In this document: in pieces, positions 41,845 to 54,290 of the stretch
How positions within the stretch are numbered: position 1 is the stretch's first letter
Layout of the letters: every line of letters begins with the position of its first letter
Source: Octopus vulgaris
Lineage: Eukaryota
Assembly: GCA_951406725.2 (NCBI GenBank)
Contig: OX597824.1
Location: 36,518,001-36,582,000, forward strand
Length of the DNA: 64,000 bases
Reading direction: 5' to 3'
Made by a program: the position numbers and the translations under genes
Notes under the pieces: model-generated
What the model was told of the DNA's origin: nothing
The model's input: the letters and a program-made list of their open reading frames with translations, nothing else
The model's database searches: none

Positions 41845-42411
41845 GGTGATATGCACTGCAACAGCATGTTGCTGCATAATGACACCTTTACACAACTCAA
41901 GTGACGACCTACCAACCCATGGGTTTATTTGGGTGGTTATTGTCGGTGAGGGTTTTTATGAGGTCAGTGTGCGAATCCTACCATGATTTCTTTTAGTCAC
42001 CTTTCCACAACAAATGGAGGAAACATTGGGTCTATTCTTTGACATGACAATTCCCACACAACACTAGAGCAGTGTGTTTTGCTCAAGAACACAATATGTC
42101 ACCTGCTCTGAGAATTGAACCCATGAGTAGCAATTGTGAGTACAACAACCTAACCACTAGGCCATGTGACTTCACTTCAGAGGATAAAAATATAATTGGC
42201 TATGGTTAATACAATTAATGTTCAGATTAAGTCTTTGAAGATTAGTGGAAGAAAATATGAATAAAGTGGGATTTTAGATCAGATTCCTTCTCCAAGAAAA
42301 AAGGATTGGGCAGTTTTAGTAAGCATCTTGAGTAAAAAACAAACCAGAAACAATAGCGGTTGTTGTTGCTTAGCACCATCAGTTTACCATCTGATCTCTT
42401 CTTTGGATCCA

Positions 42412-42519
42412 CTTTAGAAAAATACATTTTCTCTTTCTCTCTCTCTCTCTCTCACTCTCACATAGAGGTATGTTCAAAAGTGTTCCAGGTTTTTTTAGAA
42501 AAAAACATTTTCTCTTTTT

Positions 42520-42561
<42 letters not shown>

Positions 42562-42675
42562 TAGAGGTATGTTCAAAAGTGTTCCAGGTTTTTTTAGAAA
42601 AAAACATTTTCTCTTTTTCTTTTTCTCTCTCTCTCTCTCTCTCTCTCACATAGAGGTATGTTCAAAAGTGTTCCA
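42412..42675. repeat. Three-copy ~85-95 bp tandem repeat containing (CT)n
   Basis: Unit ttagaaaaa..cattttctcttt(ct)n cacatagaggtatgttcaaaagtgttccag repeated three times. Confidence 0.9.
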
Positions 42676-42766
42676 GTCATGACCACCCACTTCAATTTTT
42701 CAGGCCCCATGTATCTAATACTAGATTATAAAGCAATTTTAAGTGAGTTTAGTATAAAGTCGTAGT

Positions 42767-42980
42767 TTAGCCCTTTTGATATCAATCTGCCCAAAACCAG
42801 TCTGGTTCAATGATATAAATTTACTGTTTTAAAGTGAGCTTAATTAAAACCTTTCATCAAAATTTCATGCTAATTTATGCTCCAAATGCTAGCTTAATAA
42901 TGGCAAAATTATTTTAATGAATCCTTCATTATTTTCAAAATTAATTGAAAGACAAGCAGTGTATTTCAAAAGAAATATAG
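42767..42980 (+). mobile_element. Diverged MITE (family 1-related), right end eroded
   Basis: ttagcccttttgatatc start and internal similarity to the 49526 and 54291 copies. Confidence 0.6.
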
Positions 42981-43167
42981 TTCTGAGTAAGTGTTGGTGC
43001 AAAGAAAGTGGAGAAGTGTAATATATACCCATTCTGCTCTCGAATTATTACAGTGGCCTTAGATAGAGATTACGGAATGATTGCAGTGCCTTAGATTGAG
43101 AAGTGATGGGCTTAAAGGAATTAGATATGAGAAGTAGGGAGTGTTTGATGTGGCAGAATGGATGTAG

Positions 43168-43562
43168 AGGCGAGCTGGTAGAAATGTTAGCATGCCAGGT
43201 GAAATGCTTAGCGCTATTTCATCTGCCGTTACGTTCTGAGTTCAAATTACGCCAAGGTCGACTTAGCCTTTCATCCTTTCGGGGTCAATAGATTAAGTAC
43301 CAGTAACACACTTGGGTCGATATAATCAACTTAATCCATCTGTCTGTCCTTGTTTGTCTCCTCTGTGTTTAGCCCCTTGTGGGTAGTAAAGAAATAAGTA
43401 TTTCGTCTGCTGTTACGTTCTGAGTTGAAATGCCTTTCATCCTTTCGGGGTCGATAAATTAAGTACCAGTTAAGCACTGGGGTCGATGTAATCGACTTAA
43501 TCCCTTTGTCTATCCTTGTTTGTCCCTTCTATGTTTAGCCCTTTGAGGACAATAAAGAAATA
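43168..43562 (+). mobile_element. SINE family B, head-to-tail 1.5-mer with TSD
   Basis: Two tandem gcctttcatcctttcggggtc-ata-attaagtaccag units; flanking direct repeat agaatggatgtagagg at 43155-43170 and 43563-43578. Confidence 0.88.
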
Positions 43563-43700
43563 AGAATGGATGTAGAGGAAAGGATTAAAGAGGCAAACCA
43601 GTTGTTGTGGTAGAAGTAACAAAAGGAGAACACAGCTTGTAGAGAAAATTTCAACCCTAACACAGTCACATTCAGTACCAGCCAGTTACATCTCACTATA

Positions 43701-44030
43701 ATTCTTTTATTCTTTTACTTGTTCTTTTATTCTTTTACTTATTCTTTTATTCTTTTTCTTGTTTCAGTCATTAGATTTTGACCATGCAGGGGCTCCACAT
43801 AGAAGAAATTCTTTAGTCAAACAAATCAACCCCAGCACTTATTTTTTAAGCTTGGTAACTTATTCTACTAATCTCTTTTGCCAAACTGCTAAGTTATAGG
43901 GACATAAACAGGCCAACACCAGTTGTCAAGTGGTGGCAGGGGACAAACACACACACACCTATATTATGGGCTTCTTTCAGTTTCTGTCTACCAAATCCAC
44001 TCACAAGGCTATAGTAGAAGACACATGGCC
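43701..44030 (-). mobile_element. SINE family A (5'-truncated)
   Basis: Repeated ttcttttattcttttactt tail followed by the family A body. Confidence 0.8.
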
Positions 44031-45329
44031 AAAAGTTTTAACCATTTCAATACTGACCAGCTTCAAATCACCTCAATTTAAATGTTCAAAGTTAAATTTA
44101 AATCTGAAACTGAAATCACAGTATTGCATAAAAGAAAATATTAGATTTCAATAATTAATAAACATTTCACTTTTATTAAGTTTAAACTTTGTTATTTAAC
44201 AAAATTTCACATAATTCCGGATTATTTTGAAAATTAAAATATAATGACAGAAAATATTCTTGTGAGAAAAATGTTCGGAAAATGGTTAATAAAAATATTT
44301 ATAGCAGATCTCTATACACAATTTCTATTTTTTACACACACATTAAAATTCTTCATATTTTTCTAATGAATTTTTTATGTGTTTGGTAAAGTTCTTAGAT
44401 TCATCAAAATTCCTAGGTCTTGACAGTCTAATCTGAATAAAGTGTGTGTATGTGTGTGTGTGTGTGTGCTTGCATGCGCATTACTTTGTTAATGGTGGCA
44501 TTACCACTCAGTTCCAATTTTTAATGTTGGCTGTTTTGTTTCAGCATTTGGGGAATACTTTTTTGTTTGTGGCTTGTGTTTATATTATCTGTGTGTTCTG
44601 TGTGAGGTAGTAATATAATTTCTGTCTTCCATCATCTAGTTTTCTGCACAAGTACAACACTTTCCTCTTGCCTCAACATTAATTTACAATAAGAACCAGG
44701 TAATATAAAGACTTGATGGGAGTAATAGCACATTCATCTGATGCAAAAATTCCGACAAAATTAGATTAATGTTGAAAGTAATATTAATAGCCCATCCCAC
44801 ATCCCAGAGATATCACTCACTAGTTACAACCAAACACCAACATCCTGGCTGCTGAAACATCCCAAAATTCAAAGCTGGGAATAGCCAAAAGTAGGCATGT
44901 TACATGAATACATCAACAGCATAGACCCTGTCTATGATAAAATTGCAGTAACACATACAAATTCCATCATTCACCACATCTTACAGGTATTCTAGAATTG
45001 CTTACGGCCCAAGGAACTTTCATCTCTCTCTCTCTCCCTCTGTATACACACACGCAATAGTAAAATGTTACACAGAAAGACAACAGGGGAACATACAGAA
45101 AAAAATAATGCACACAAATGACATAAACATGATGATCCCTCATCCATTATCAACCAAAAATCATCACAATTTCGACATTTTGACACCTTAATAATATCAT
45201 TTAATATTTAATAGCTTCAACAGCAAATGCTGCTGGGATATAAATGAACAAAGATGAAGAACAGAATAATATATGTACAAAAAAGATGGGGTCTTATATA
45301 TGTATGTATATATATATATATATATATAT

Positions 45330-45660
45330 TGTAGTTGTTGTTGGCATCCTTTTGTCTCAAGAGACATTGGTGTTGTGCATAAAATAATCCAGTCAGGTGT
45401 TTTGCGCAGGCCAAGGCTAGATGTACGAAAATCATGGGTAGCCCAATCATCAGGATTCCTCTCTCGACCTTCCTGATGTAGTCCAAAGAAATGCAGAGCA
45501 TTAAGTTTTGGCACCAGCTTGGTTGCAGGAGCTGCTGGAAGAGTGTCAAGTTGAACACTAAAATGCCTACAGGGCTCCACTCCAGATTTCTTTAAAGGAT
45601 GTCTCCTTTCCATAACTCTGGATAGGGGCTCAGCTGGCTCTGGCTGACAATACCCAGTGT
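45330..45660 (-). mobile_element. Probable RTE 5'UTR-derived short element
   Basis: Minus strand aatctggagtggagccc...cagctcctgcaaccaagctggtgccaaa resembles RTE 5' regions (recalled, not searched); ends in a caacaacaac tail and is bounded by (TA)n. Confidence 0.45.
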
Positions 45661-45685
45661 ATATATATATATATATATTATATAA

Positions 45686-45940
45686 AATAAATGCACCCTT
45701 TTAAAGCCTAGCCAGGCTCATGGGCCCAGTTTCCCGGTTTCAGTGGCATATGTGTTCCCCAGCTGGACGGGATGCCAGTCCATTGCAGCGTTACTCATTT
45801 TTGCCAGCTGAGTGGACTGGAGCAATGTGAAATGAAGTGTTCTGCTCAAGAACACAACGCGTCACCCGGTCCAGAAATCGAAACCACAATCTTACGATCA
45901 TGATGCTGACACCCTAACCACTAAGCCATGCACTTCCACA
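45686..45940 (-). mobile_element. tRNA-headed SINE related to family C, inserted in a (TA)n tract
   Basis: Minus strand tggcttagtggttaggg...ggtttcgatttc...ttgtgttcttgagcag; (TA)n on both sides. Confidence 0.82.
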
Positions 45941-47607
45941 CATATATATATATATATATTGCACACTAGAGCTTGTCTCTATGATCAACAAATCCTTTAT
46001 TCTCTCACTTTCTACAGGAATGTATTCAAACACATAGAAACTTGTTTCAGTATGTACCAATTGAAAGAAAGATAGCCCCTCTCACCCAACCAGCTATCAC
46101 CCTCTATCAGTCACTCCTAACATCTTTAAGGTAATAGAAACAACCATTACCAATGAAATCATGCAATGTCTTCAATTTCTCACTTTTCAGTGACCAGCAG
46201 TATGGCTTTCACAAAGCCAGATTCACTGATCGTCTCAACTCTTAAGTCACTCAACAGTGGGATCTCACATTAGAGGAGTTCAGTAAAAGAAATATTGTTG
46301 TCTTATCTATCAGCAAAATCTTCAAGCATGGCTATATAATTTCCAGGCATATGATCACGAGGAAACTGGAATAGTAGAGCTTTATGAGCCCTCAAAATGT
46401 TTGTTCAGTATCACATTAGATATTTCCTTGTCACTCCAACTATCACAAATCCAGTGAACCACTAACTCTCTCTCTCTCTCTCTTTCTGTCTCTCCCCTCT
46501 CTCTCTGTGTTTGTAAATACACACACACACTTATTCAAATGTGCACACATATATTATCAACAATGTGTCTGTTGATATAAAATTTGTAAACAAGCCTAAC
46601 AAAACACAAAATTCAATTTAAATCACTGAAAATTTAATCACTTATTCAGTTGTAATTTTGAATAATAAATGTTTTGTTACATAACCGTTACACATAACAA
46701 ACATAATGGAAGAGCTATAAGATGTACTTGATTTTGCTAGAAATGCCGATCAAATCTCCCTTAAATCATACCTAAGCAGTGTAAAATAGGATGGGCAAAT
46801 TAGATTATATAGACCAAGGAGAAGATGACAGAATGGCTTACAGTAGAAAGGTGTTTTGATCATAGTTCTGCTTCGTGAGAGTTGATCTGAGGTTAAACAA
46901 TAAAAATAACAATAACAACAAAACAAACATCAATACAAACATAATATTCGCAAAAATATTCTATTAATAAAACATAGAAATTGCTTATGTATTAATATTG
47001 ATTATTGCAGAAAACCCTTTAAAGCTAGATTTACTGTTTAACATAGACATCTCTCAACAATTTGACTTTGAAACCCCTTTCCTCTTCATGCTTTTTTGGG
47101 TTTCTTTTTTTTTTTTTTTTTTGTAGCAACATTGACAAACAGAAGTGAAAAAGACTAAATTAAGCAGATGAGCCATGAGATAGAGCCTTTGTTTAGCTCA
47201 TCTCTACATGAAAAATAATATAATGTGCATATTTACAAGTGTTCAAGAAACAACACAAAGAAAAAGCGAGATGAGAAACGAATAATGATACAGTTCAGCA
47301 TGAGAATAGAAAATGTTCCAGTATTCAGTAGATAAAAGGTATTTATCTGAATATAAATGTTCAATAGAAAGGTATTTGTCTGAATACATATATATAATAT
47401 ATGTTCAATATGAAGGTATTTGTGTGAATGTGTGTATGTGCGTGCATGTGTATTCAATATAAAGGTATTTGTCAGAATGAATATATAAATATATATATAC
47501 ACATACATACATACATATCTCTCTCTCCCTCTCTCTCTCTATCAATATATATATATTATATATGTATATATATGTAGATATATACATATAAATATATGTG
47601 CATGTAC

Positions 47608-48178
47608 ATGTATGTATGTATGTATGTATGTATGTATGTATGTATGTATGTATGTATGTATGTATGTATGTATGTATGTATGTATGTATGTATGTATGTA
47701 TGTATGTATGTATGTATGTATGTATGTATGTATGTATGTATGTATGTATGTATGTATGTATGTATGTATGTATGTATGTATGTATGTATGTATGTATGTA
47801 TGTATGTATGTATGTATGTATGTATGTATGTATGTATGTATGTATGTATGTATGTATGTATGTATGTATGTATGTATGTATGTATGTATGTATGTATGTA
47901 TGTATGTATGTATGTATGTATGTATGTATGTATGTATGTATGTATGTATGTATGTATGTATGTATGTATGTATGTATGTATGTATGTATGTATGTATGTA
48001 TGTATGTATGTATGTATGTATGTATGTATGTATGTATGTATGTATGTATGTATGTATGTATGTATGTATGTATGTATGTATGTATGTATGTATGTATGTA
48101 TGTATGTATGTATGTATGTATGTATGTATGTATGTATGTATGTATGTATGTATGTATGTATGTATGTATGTATGTATG
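47608..48178. repeat. Perfect (TATG)n microsatellite, ~570 bp
   Basis: Directly visible, uninterrupted. Confidence 0.98.
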
Positions 48179-48661
48179 TTCAAAGCATTCAGTAAATAAA
48201 TTGTCTTAATATTAAATATATAAGTTTGTGCTGAGCAGGGTTTGGGGATTTTGATAAATTGTTCCCCGTTCTTTTAAACACAAGAAACACAATATTTGGT
48301 TGATCTCTGCTTTTCTCATATTTTAAAATACAACTAACTACATTTCTAAATTCTATCTTTTTAGTTCCATGTTCTTTCATCAGACCAATTGCCACATCTA
48401 TTTAGTCACTCCACTTGCTAACAGAAGCAATCAATTCTGCTACAGCTGTCAATCATCTTTAAAAGTACTGTTCACATATTTGTCCAATATGCCCCCCACA
48501 GGATGGTTGGGAGTGCTTGTTAAATGCCTCATTCAGTCAGATACCTGGATACCATTCAAGTAGATCTAATTAGGGAATGAGAGGGCCCACTCCTAAAATT
48601 ATAACAAACTCTTTTCCACATCATTTATTTGGCAAGAGCATCATCCTACTACAGTAATTAA

Positions 48662-48747
<86 letters not shown>

Positions 48748-49661
48748 AATAGACAGACAAACAGAGTAGAAACTTTTATCAAATGTATTTATTTTACAGA
48801 TAAACTCTATTTACGTAAGTTTACAGTTAATATTCTAATGACATATTCAAAGAATGTGTGAGGTACATTCTTTTACTACATAAAAGGTCAGTATCCAAAG
48901 AAAGCATAGACCATCTCAGATTGATCAACTTAATTGAAATGATATCCAACTTGGATGATTACAGCTTGTTTGGAAAATGTAGAATGAGAAGTAGTTCCAT
49001 GTGGTTGCAGTTTTAGGAGAATGAATTGGGCAAAGTGATCGGCATATAATTTTAGAGATGAGATAAAGTAAGGACAGCAGAAGCTGGAAAATAGTTTGTT
49101 GGTTCAAAGGAACAGGAATTATTGTAATAATGCTAGAAGAGACTGAGAAGGTCCAAGAATGGTTAGTAATTATTGTGTTGACCTTTTCTTGGGTGTGATC
49201 TAAAAGCTTTATCAGCTGGTCCATCTCAGACATGTGAGCAGGGTCATACATGTCTCATATTTGGGCTTCTAAGAGGATCAAATAAATGCCCAAAAGCCAG
49301 TGACGAGTGTTTCCTAAAGAAGAACTTAACTCTTGAGCCAAGTTATGGTCATGTTATTAATGTGTGGCTGCCATGCAATAAAACTGGTTCATTGCACAGC
49401 ATCTTCCAATAACTCAACGGAAAATGTTTTCAAGGATGTTTTGCTGATGTCTGGTGAATAACCTGTTTAAAGATGTTAAACATGTTGATAGAAAAAGAAA
49501 ACTTGCACATGACTAAGATGGTTCCTTAACCTTTTTGAGACCAGCCTGCCTGAGACGGCTCTTGGTTATATGATGCAAACTTCTCATTTTGAAGTGATCT
49601 AAATCAAAACACCAAACTAATTATGTTCCTAACACCAGCTTAATAATGATAAAGTTATATG

Positions 49662-49780
49662 GCTTATGGCCATATCACATTGAAAGCACCAGTTCTCGTT
49701 CAATCATTGAAGTTAAGCAACGTTGAGCCTAGTTAGTACTTAGATGGGTGAGCGCTTGGGAAACCTAGGTGCTGTAAACA
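49662..49780 (+). pseudogene. 5S rRNA pseudogene (full length)
   Basis: gcttatggccatatcacattgaaagcaccagttctcgttcaatcattgaagttaagcaacgttgagcctagttagtacttagatgggtgagcgcttgggaaacctaggtgctgtaaac follows the metazoan 5S sequence end to end, with box A and box C recognisable. Many changes are CpG-to-TG/CA type and there is no oligo-T terminator. Confidence 0.92.
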
Positions 49781-49789
49781 TCACTAATA

Positions 49790-50130
49790 GGCGTAGGAGT
49801 GGCTGTGTGGTAAGTAGCTTGCTTACGAACCACATGGTCTTGGGTTCAGTCCCACTGCATGGCACCTTGGGCAAGTGTCTTCTACTATAGCCTTGGGCCA
49901 ACCAAAGCCTTGTGAGTGGATTTGGTAGACAGAAACTGAAAGAAGCCCGTTGTATATATGTATATGTGTTTGTGTGACTGTGTTTATGTCCCCGTACTTA
50001 GTGGTTTGTCAAAAGAAAATTATAGAATAAGTACTAGGCTTACAAAGAATAAGTCCTGGGGTCGATTTGCTCAACTAAAGGTGGTGCTCCATCATGACCA
50101 CAGACAAATGACTGAAACAAGTAAAAGAGT
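49790..50130 (+). mobile_element. tRNA-headed SINE family A
   Basis: Head ggcgtaggagtggctgtgtggtaag (A box)...gggttcagtccc (B box), body aaagccttgtgagtggatttggtagac, tail gactgaaacaagtaaaagag; many other copies in the window. Confidence 0.88.
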
Positions 50131-50389
50131 TACAAAATTCTTCCTTGTTTTCAAAATGAATTGAAACAAAGGCAGAGTATTTCAGTGGAAATATGGTAAC
50201 AAAAGGGTTAATGTTGATTCTTGTAAATCATTTAAGAAACTAGGAAAGAATATAAACTGAAATATAATGGAGGTCTGATCTAATTTTATATTCATTTTAA
50301 TGATTCAACAAGAACTTTGTGAATTTCTTATCAAATATTCTTACATATTATATATTACATATTATAGTGAATAACAAAATAGAACTTAC

Positions 50390-51823
50390 CTGCATGGATT
50401 TTCTTTTCTTTAATGATTTCATAACAGTCCCTGTAGATTCCTTGATGTGGTCATTGAAATGTTTCTCAGCATACTCCACAATGTCGTAGTAGACCTGGTC
50501 CTGGTCTGTGGACCCTGTGCTTGTAAAACTCTCAATCATTTCAGGGGACAAATCTCCAGTGAGGTACGAGCGACGGTTTGAATCTTTTAAGTTTTCCCTT
50601 GGCAGAATTAACTTGTTTTCCTGAAGATCATTGCCTATGTGTCTGTTGGTATCAGCAGTCCCATTCGCCGGAAGTAAAGAAGAATTCCGTTTGGTTTGAT
50701 CAATATTGAGAGAGATTTTTTGGTTTTGGCCAATACTGTTGCTTGATGATATTTGCTGCAACAGACTGTCGGGATCTTCGGAATTTAATGTCTGGTTACT
50801 GCTGCCATTTGTGACACTAACTGCTGTCCTTTGCTGATCCTGTGCATCTGTTGGCTGTTGTGGAGGTGGTGGGGGTAAAGGAGGTGAAGGTGCAATACCA
50901 TTAACCATTAGTGGAGGTGGTGGAGGTGGTAGTGTTGGTGGACTCTCCATTGACAAAGCTGCAACAGGACAAAATGCAGATTGCATATAGATTTCAGCAG
51001 AATAGCATGGATCAGGAAGAGTGGCCTGGATTGACTTATCTGCGCAAGTTGTTTGAGTGGTAGTAGTAACATGCTTGGTAGTAGGGCTAGTAGATTTGGT
51101 AGAAAAAGTAGGGGGAGAGGGAGTTGGATTAGTGGCAGCATCAACAGTATTAGGAGTAATGGTACTAGTTACACAAGAAGCTGGGGAGGGTGACTGCTCA
51201 GCAGGATCATTCCAGTATGGCATCGTGCTTGCATCATTGCTGGGCAGAGGAGGTGGAGGAGGAGGAGGTGGCGTCGAAGAAAGAGGTGGCGGAGGAGTGA
51301 ACTGCACGCTATTAGCACTTGTACAGTCACTATCACGACTTTCTCGGCCGGAGTTTGCGGTGTCCACACTGGCCGAGTAGGTGTCGGGCGTCAGTGAGGG
51401 TAGAGGTGGCGGGAGGGGCGGCGGCGGCGAAGGAGGAGGCAGGGGCGGTGGCGGCGGCGGAGGTGGGCCTCCCGTCGTGTCACCTCCGCCACCGTCATCT
51501 GCCATGTCTGGCGGCGGAAGAGGGAACTCCTCTTCGGGTGTGTTATCATACGGAAAGCCAGGTGGGAGGGGCGGGGGAGGAGGAAGAGCGGGAGAAGCAG
51601 ATCTGGGATCCATGCTGCGGTTAACTGCATTCATTTGGTCTTGTTGGATGCAGTTAGAAACAGCACCATCGCCATACATACCAGAAGCATCAGCAGAGTT
51701 GGTCGCAGCTCTTCTTCTATGAGCAGATGCCATATTCTGTGAGTCGGATACTTCAGTGTGGAGCCTTTCAAATGTAATGTCGCTGTCAGGGGTTTGTTCA
51801 AGGGTGGGTGAGTGGCTTTCTTC
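50390..51823 (-). CDS. Large internal coding exon (478 codons): proline-rich low-complexity region running into the lead-in of a MyTH4-like domain; probable MyTH4-type unconventional myosin or other MyTH4 protein
   Basis: Only long non-repeat ORF (521 aa). Acceptor ttgttttgtatttacag|GAA at 51823, donor ATG CAG|GTAAGT at 50390, length 1434 nt (multiple of 3). Several polyproline tracts. The C-terminus YYDIVEYAEKHFNDH...KKRKSMQ resembles the segment preceding MyTH4 domains. Confidence 0.9.
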
Positions 51824-52475
51824 CTGTAAATACAAAACAAGGAAACCATCATAATTATCGCGTCTGTAAAAAGGGCTGACAAATCTGTGGGAGACAATGA
51901 CTACAAGGTACATACAATGTTCTTACCTTAGCATGTGTGTATGTTAGTAGTGTGTGTATGTGTGGGTGTGTGTGTGTGTGTTAGTGTTAATGCATGTGTA
52001 TGTTAGTGTGTGTTAGTGTTAGTGTGTATGTGCTAGTGTTAGCATGTGTGTATAAGTGTGTATGTGTGTGTGCTAGTATATGTGTGTTAATGTATATGTT
52101 AGTGTTAGTGTGTGTGTGTTAAATAGTCAAAGGCATAACAATCACACCTAAGATCCCCAAACCACAAACAACAAAATGAACCCACATTCGAAAGTGACAA
52201 AAAAAGAATATACATATACAATAATTATTTGAGGGAATATTATTCCTAACTTACAGGGAAAAATTCAATTTAGAAATACTAAATCAAATTTCTCAAAATA
52301 CAATATATATATATATAAAAATTAGAAAAAAACACCTTTTATCAATTCAAAATGAACAATTAAATTACACCATCTAGAAAATTGAATATAATAGAAATAT
52401 TAAGATTAAAATAACAATAATATACCGAAGATTAAGTAAATTGCAAAAAAATAATAAAAACGTATATATTTGGTA

Positions 52476-52517
<42 letters not shown>

Positions 52518-53416
52518 AATATGAAGCCAGGTAAGAGAAATGCAAAGTCTGAAGCCACACATTTTAAGAATTGATCCATCTTTATTTGGCACCAGAAAAA
52601 TATATCAATCAAAGACTGGACTGTTTAGTCACACAAAAAAAAAACACTATCAAAATGACAGTTATAGAATACAGAGAAGCTTTAAATTATTTCAGTAAAA
52701 ACGTTATATTGTCAGTGAGAGAGGAATAAAGTATAAAGAGAAGAGAAAGAATCTGGATCATGTAAATGTATGTATATTGTTTTGTTAGTTTTATTTTCTG
52801 GACTGTGTACTTGTTGGTAGGAGGTGGCCACAGAGTCTTTAGACTATTTTATCAACTCTGTATTTTGTCTGATATTGGTTATGTCCCCCTCTGAGATGTA
52901 ATTTAGATAACTGAACACCACAAAGTAGTTTTGTTTGATGCACAGATTTATTAATCAAGTCATTGTAGATACACACACTCATAAAATATACAATGGACTT
53001 GTTCACAGTTTCCATCTGTCAAGCTAAAGCTATAACAAACAAGACATGTCCAAGATGACACACATTGGAATTACAACCACATGCAAACAAAGAGAATCTC
53101 TTAGCTGTTTGTATCCCTGTATGCAGACTGTGGGTGGCGAAATAGAATGTACAGAATATTCTATTAGACTTTAAAAAACAGCCTTTTAAAACAAATGCTG
53201 AGCTTAAATGTTGGTGCATTATGTTATGGTGACAAGGTAGCCAGTAATCTGCTCATTGACAGCCTGTCAGCACAGGCAAAGCTCTGTGTCCATTGAGAGA
53301 GTCTTAATTGTTAGACAGATCCTTTAGACAGAGCTGTAAGTAAGGTAAGAAGAAGAGCACCATAATAACAAAACCAACTCACTTGTGATAGCATCTATGA
53401 TACAAATCGTCTTGTT

Positions 53417-53727
53417 TCAACCCCTTCGTTACTGTATTTATTTTGAGATGCTCTGTGTTTCTTTCAATTACTTTAAGTATAACAAAGAATTTAGTAAAAT
53501 AACTTAGTTATCATTCAGTTAGTGTTAAGAACATAAATTGTGACTGAGGTTCGAGCGAGGTCGTTACCAGTATGCCTGACTGGCCTCTGTGCCGGTGGCG
53601 TTAGGAAGGGCATCCAGCTGTAGAAACTCTGCCAAATCAAGATTGGAGCCTGGTGCAGCCATCTGGTTCACCAGCCCTCAGTCAAAATCGTCCAACCCAT
53701 GCTAGCATGGAAAGTGGACGTTAAACA

Positions 53728-53766
<39 letters not shown>

Positions 53767-53858
53767 GGTGGAAGATTTTAATTCCAAACTTATGAAAACA
53801 AGACATTTGTACTCAAAGCGAGAGCCAGTTTCAGCCGGGTTGGTAACGAAAGGGTTAA
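53417..53858 (-). mobile_element. MITE family 1 interrupted by an RTE-tailed SINE fragment (~53550-53764)
   Basis: Both halves match the reverse complement of 19734-19961 and rejoin at gaggtt|tggtggaag once the insert is removed. Confidence 0.85.
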
Positions 53859-54290
53859 AGGGTTCATATTTAAATTCCATTATAATATCTATGTAAGGAC
53901 ATGTCATTACTTATATTCCTAACATTACCTTAATAATTATAAATGTAAATTATTTTACTAAATCACTCCAAATTTTTGTTTGTTTCCAAAGTAAATGGAA
54001 TACAGTGGATTTCATTAGAGATATAATTATCTGTAGAGTTAAATTAATTTGAGAAGGGAGGATTCTCTCTAGCTAAACAATACAGCTTGAAGACACTATC
54101 TTCATGAGTAGTTTTGCTCCACCAGGTTGGGAACTCATCATAATTTTAGATAAATGAGGCAGCAAATACAAAACAGGTACAAATAATATTAGCAGTACAC
54201 TGTAATATATACATGTGGCTGTCAGGGAGCATGGGAAGGGGTGGGGTGGAGCAAAAAAAAAATCGCTTATGTTTTTTTGTATATTGGCTC

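Larger units (their letters stand above)
49526..50211 (+). mobile_element. Diverged MITE (family 1-related) interrupted by 5S pseudogene plus SINE
   Basis: ttaacctttt...aaaagggttaa termini; internal ttatgttcctaacaccagcttaataatg and ttttcaaaatgaattgaaac shared with the other copies. Confidence 0.75.

Noticed and set aside
48925-49251. 108-aa ORF faintly resembling a LINE RT segment (IITIIPVP...SLLYLISKII)
   Set aside because: Similarity is too weak to assign; possibly a very old LINE relic.
49790-49870. tRNA gene calls at SINE heads (also 10675, 16959, 60014)
   Set aside because: A and B boxes are present, but each continues into a SINE body and no complete cloverleaf is evident.
50908-51897. 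Overlapping Gly-rich and alternative-frame ORFs
   Set aside because: Shadows of the GC-rich proline codons of the real exon.
51824-51913. N-terminal 30 aa (MYLVVIV...VLYLQ) of the 521-aa ORF as a true start
   Set aside because: A canonical polypyrimidine-CAG acceptor sits at 51824, so this stretch and the tail after 50390 are best read as intron read-through.
53383-53394. Possible 12-nt microexon (tag|ATGCTATCACAA|gtgagt); a similar donor lies near 55700
   Set aside because: Good donors but poor acceptors, and too short to distinguish from chance without RNA data.
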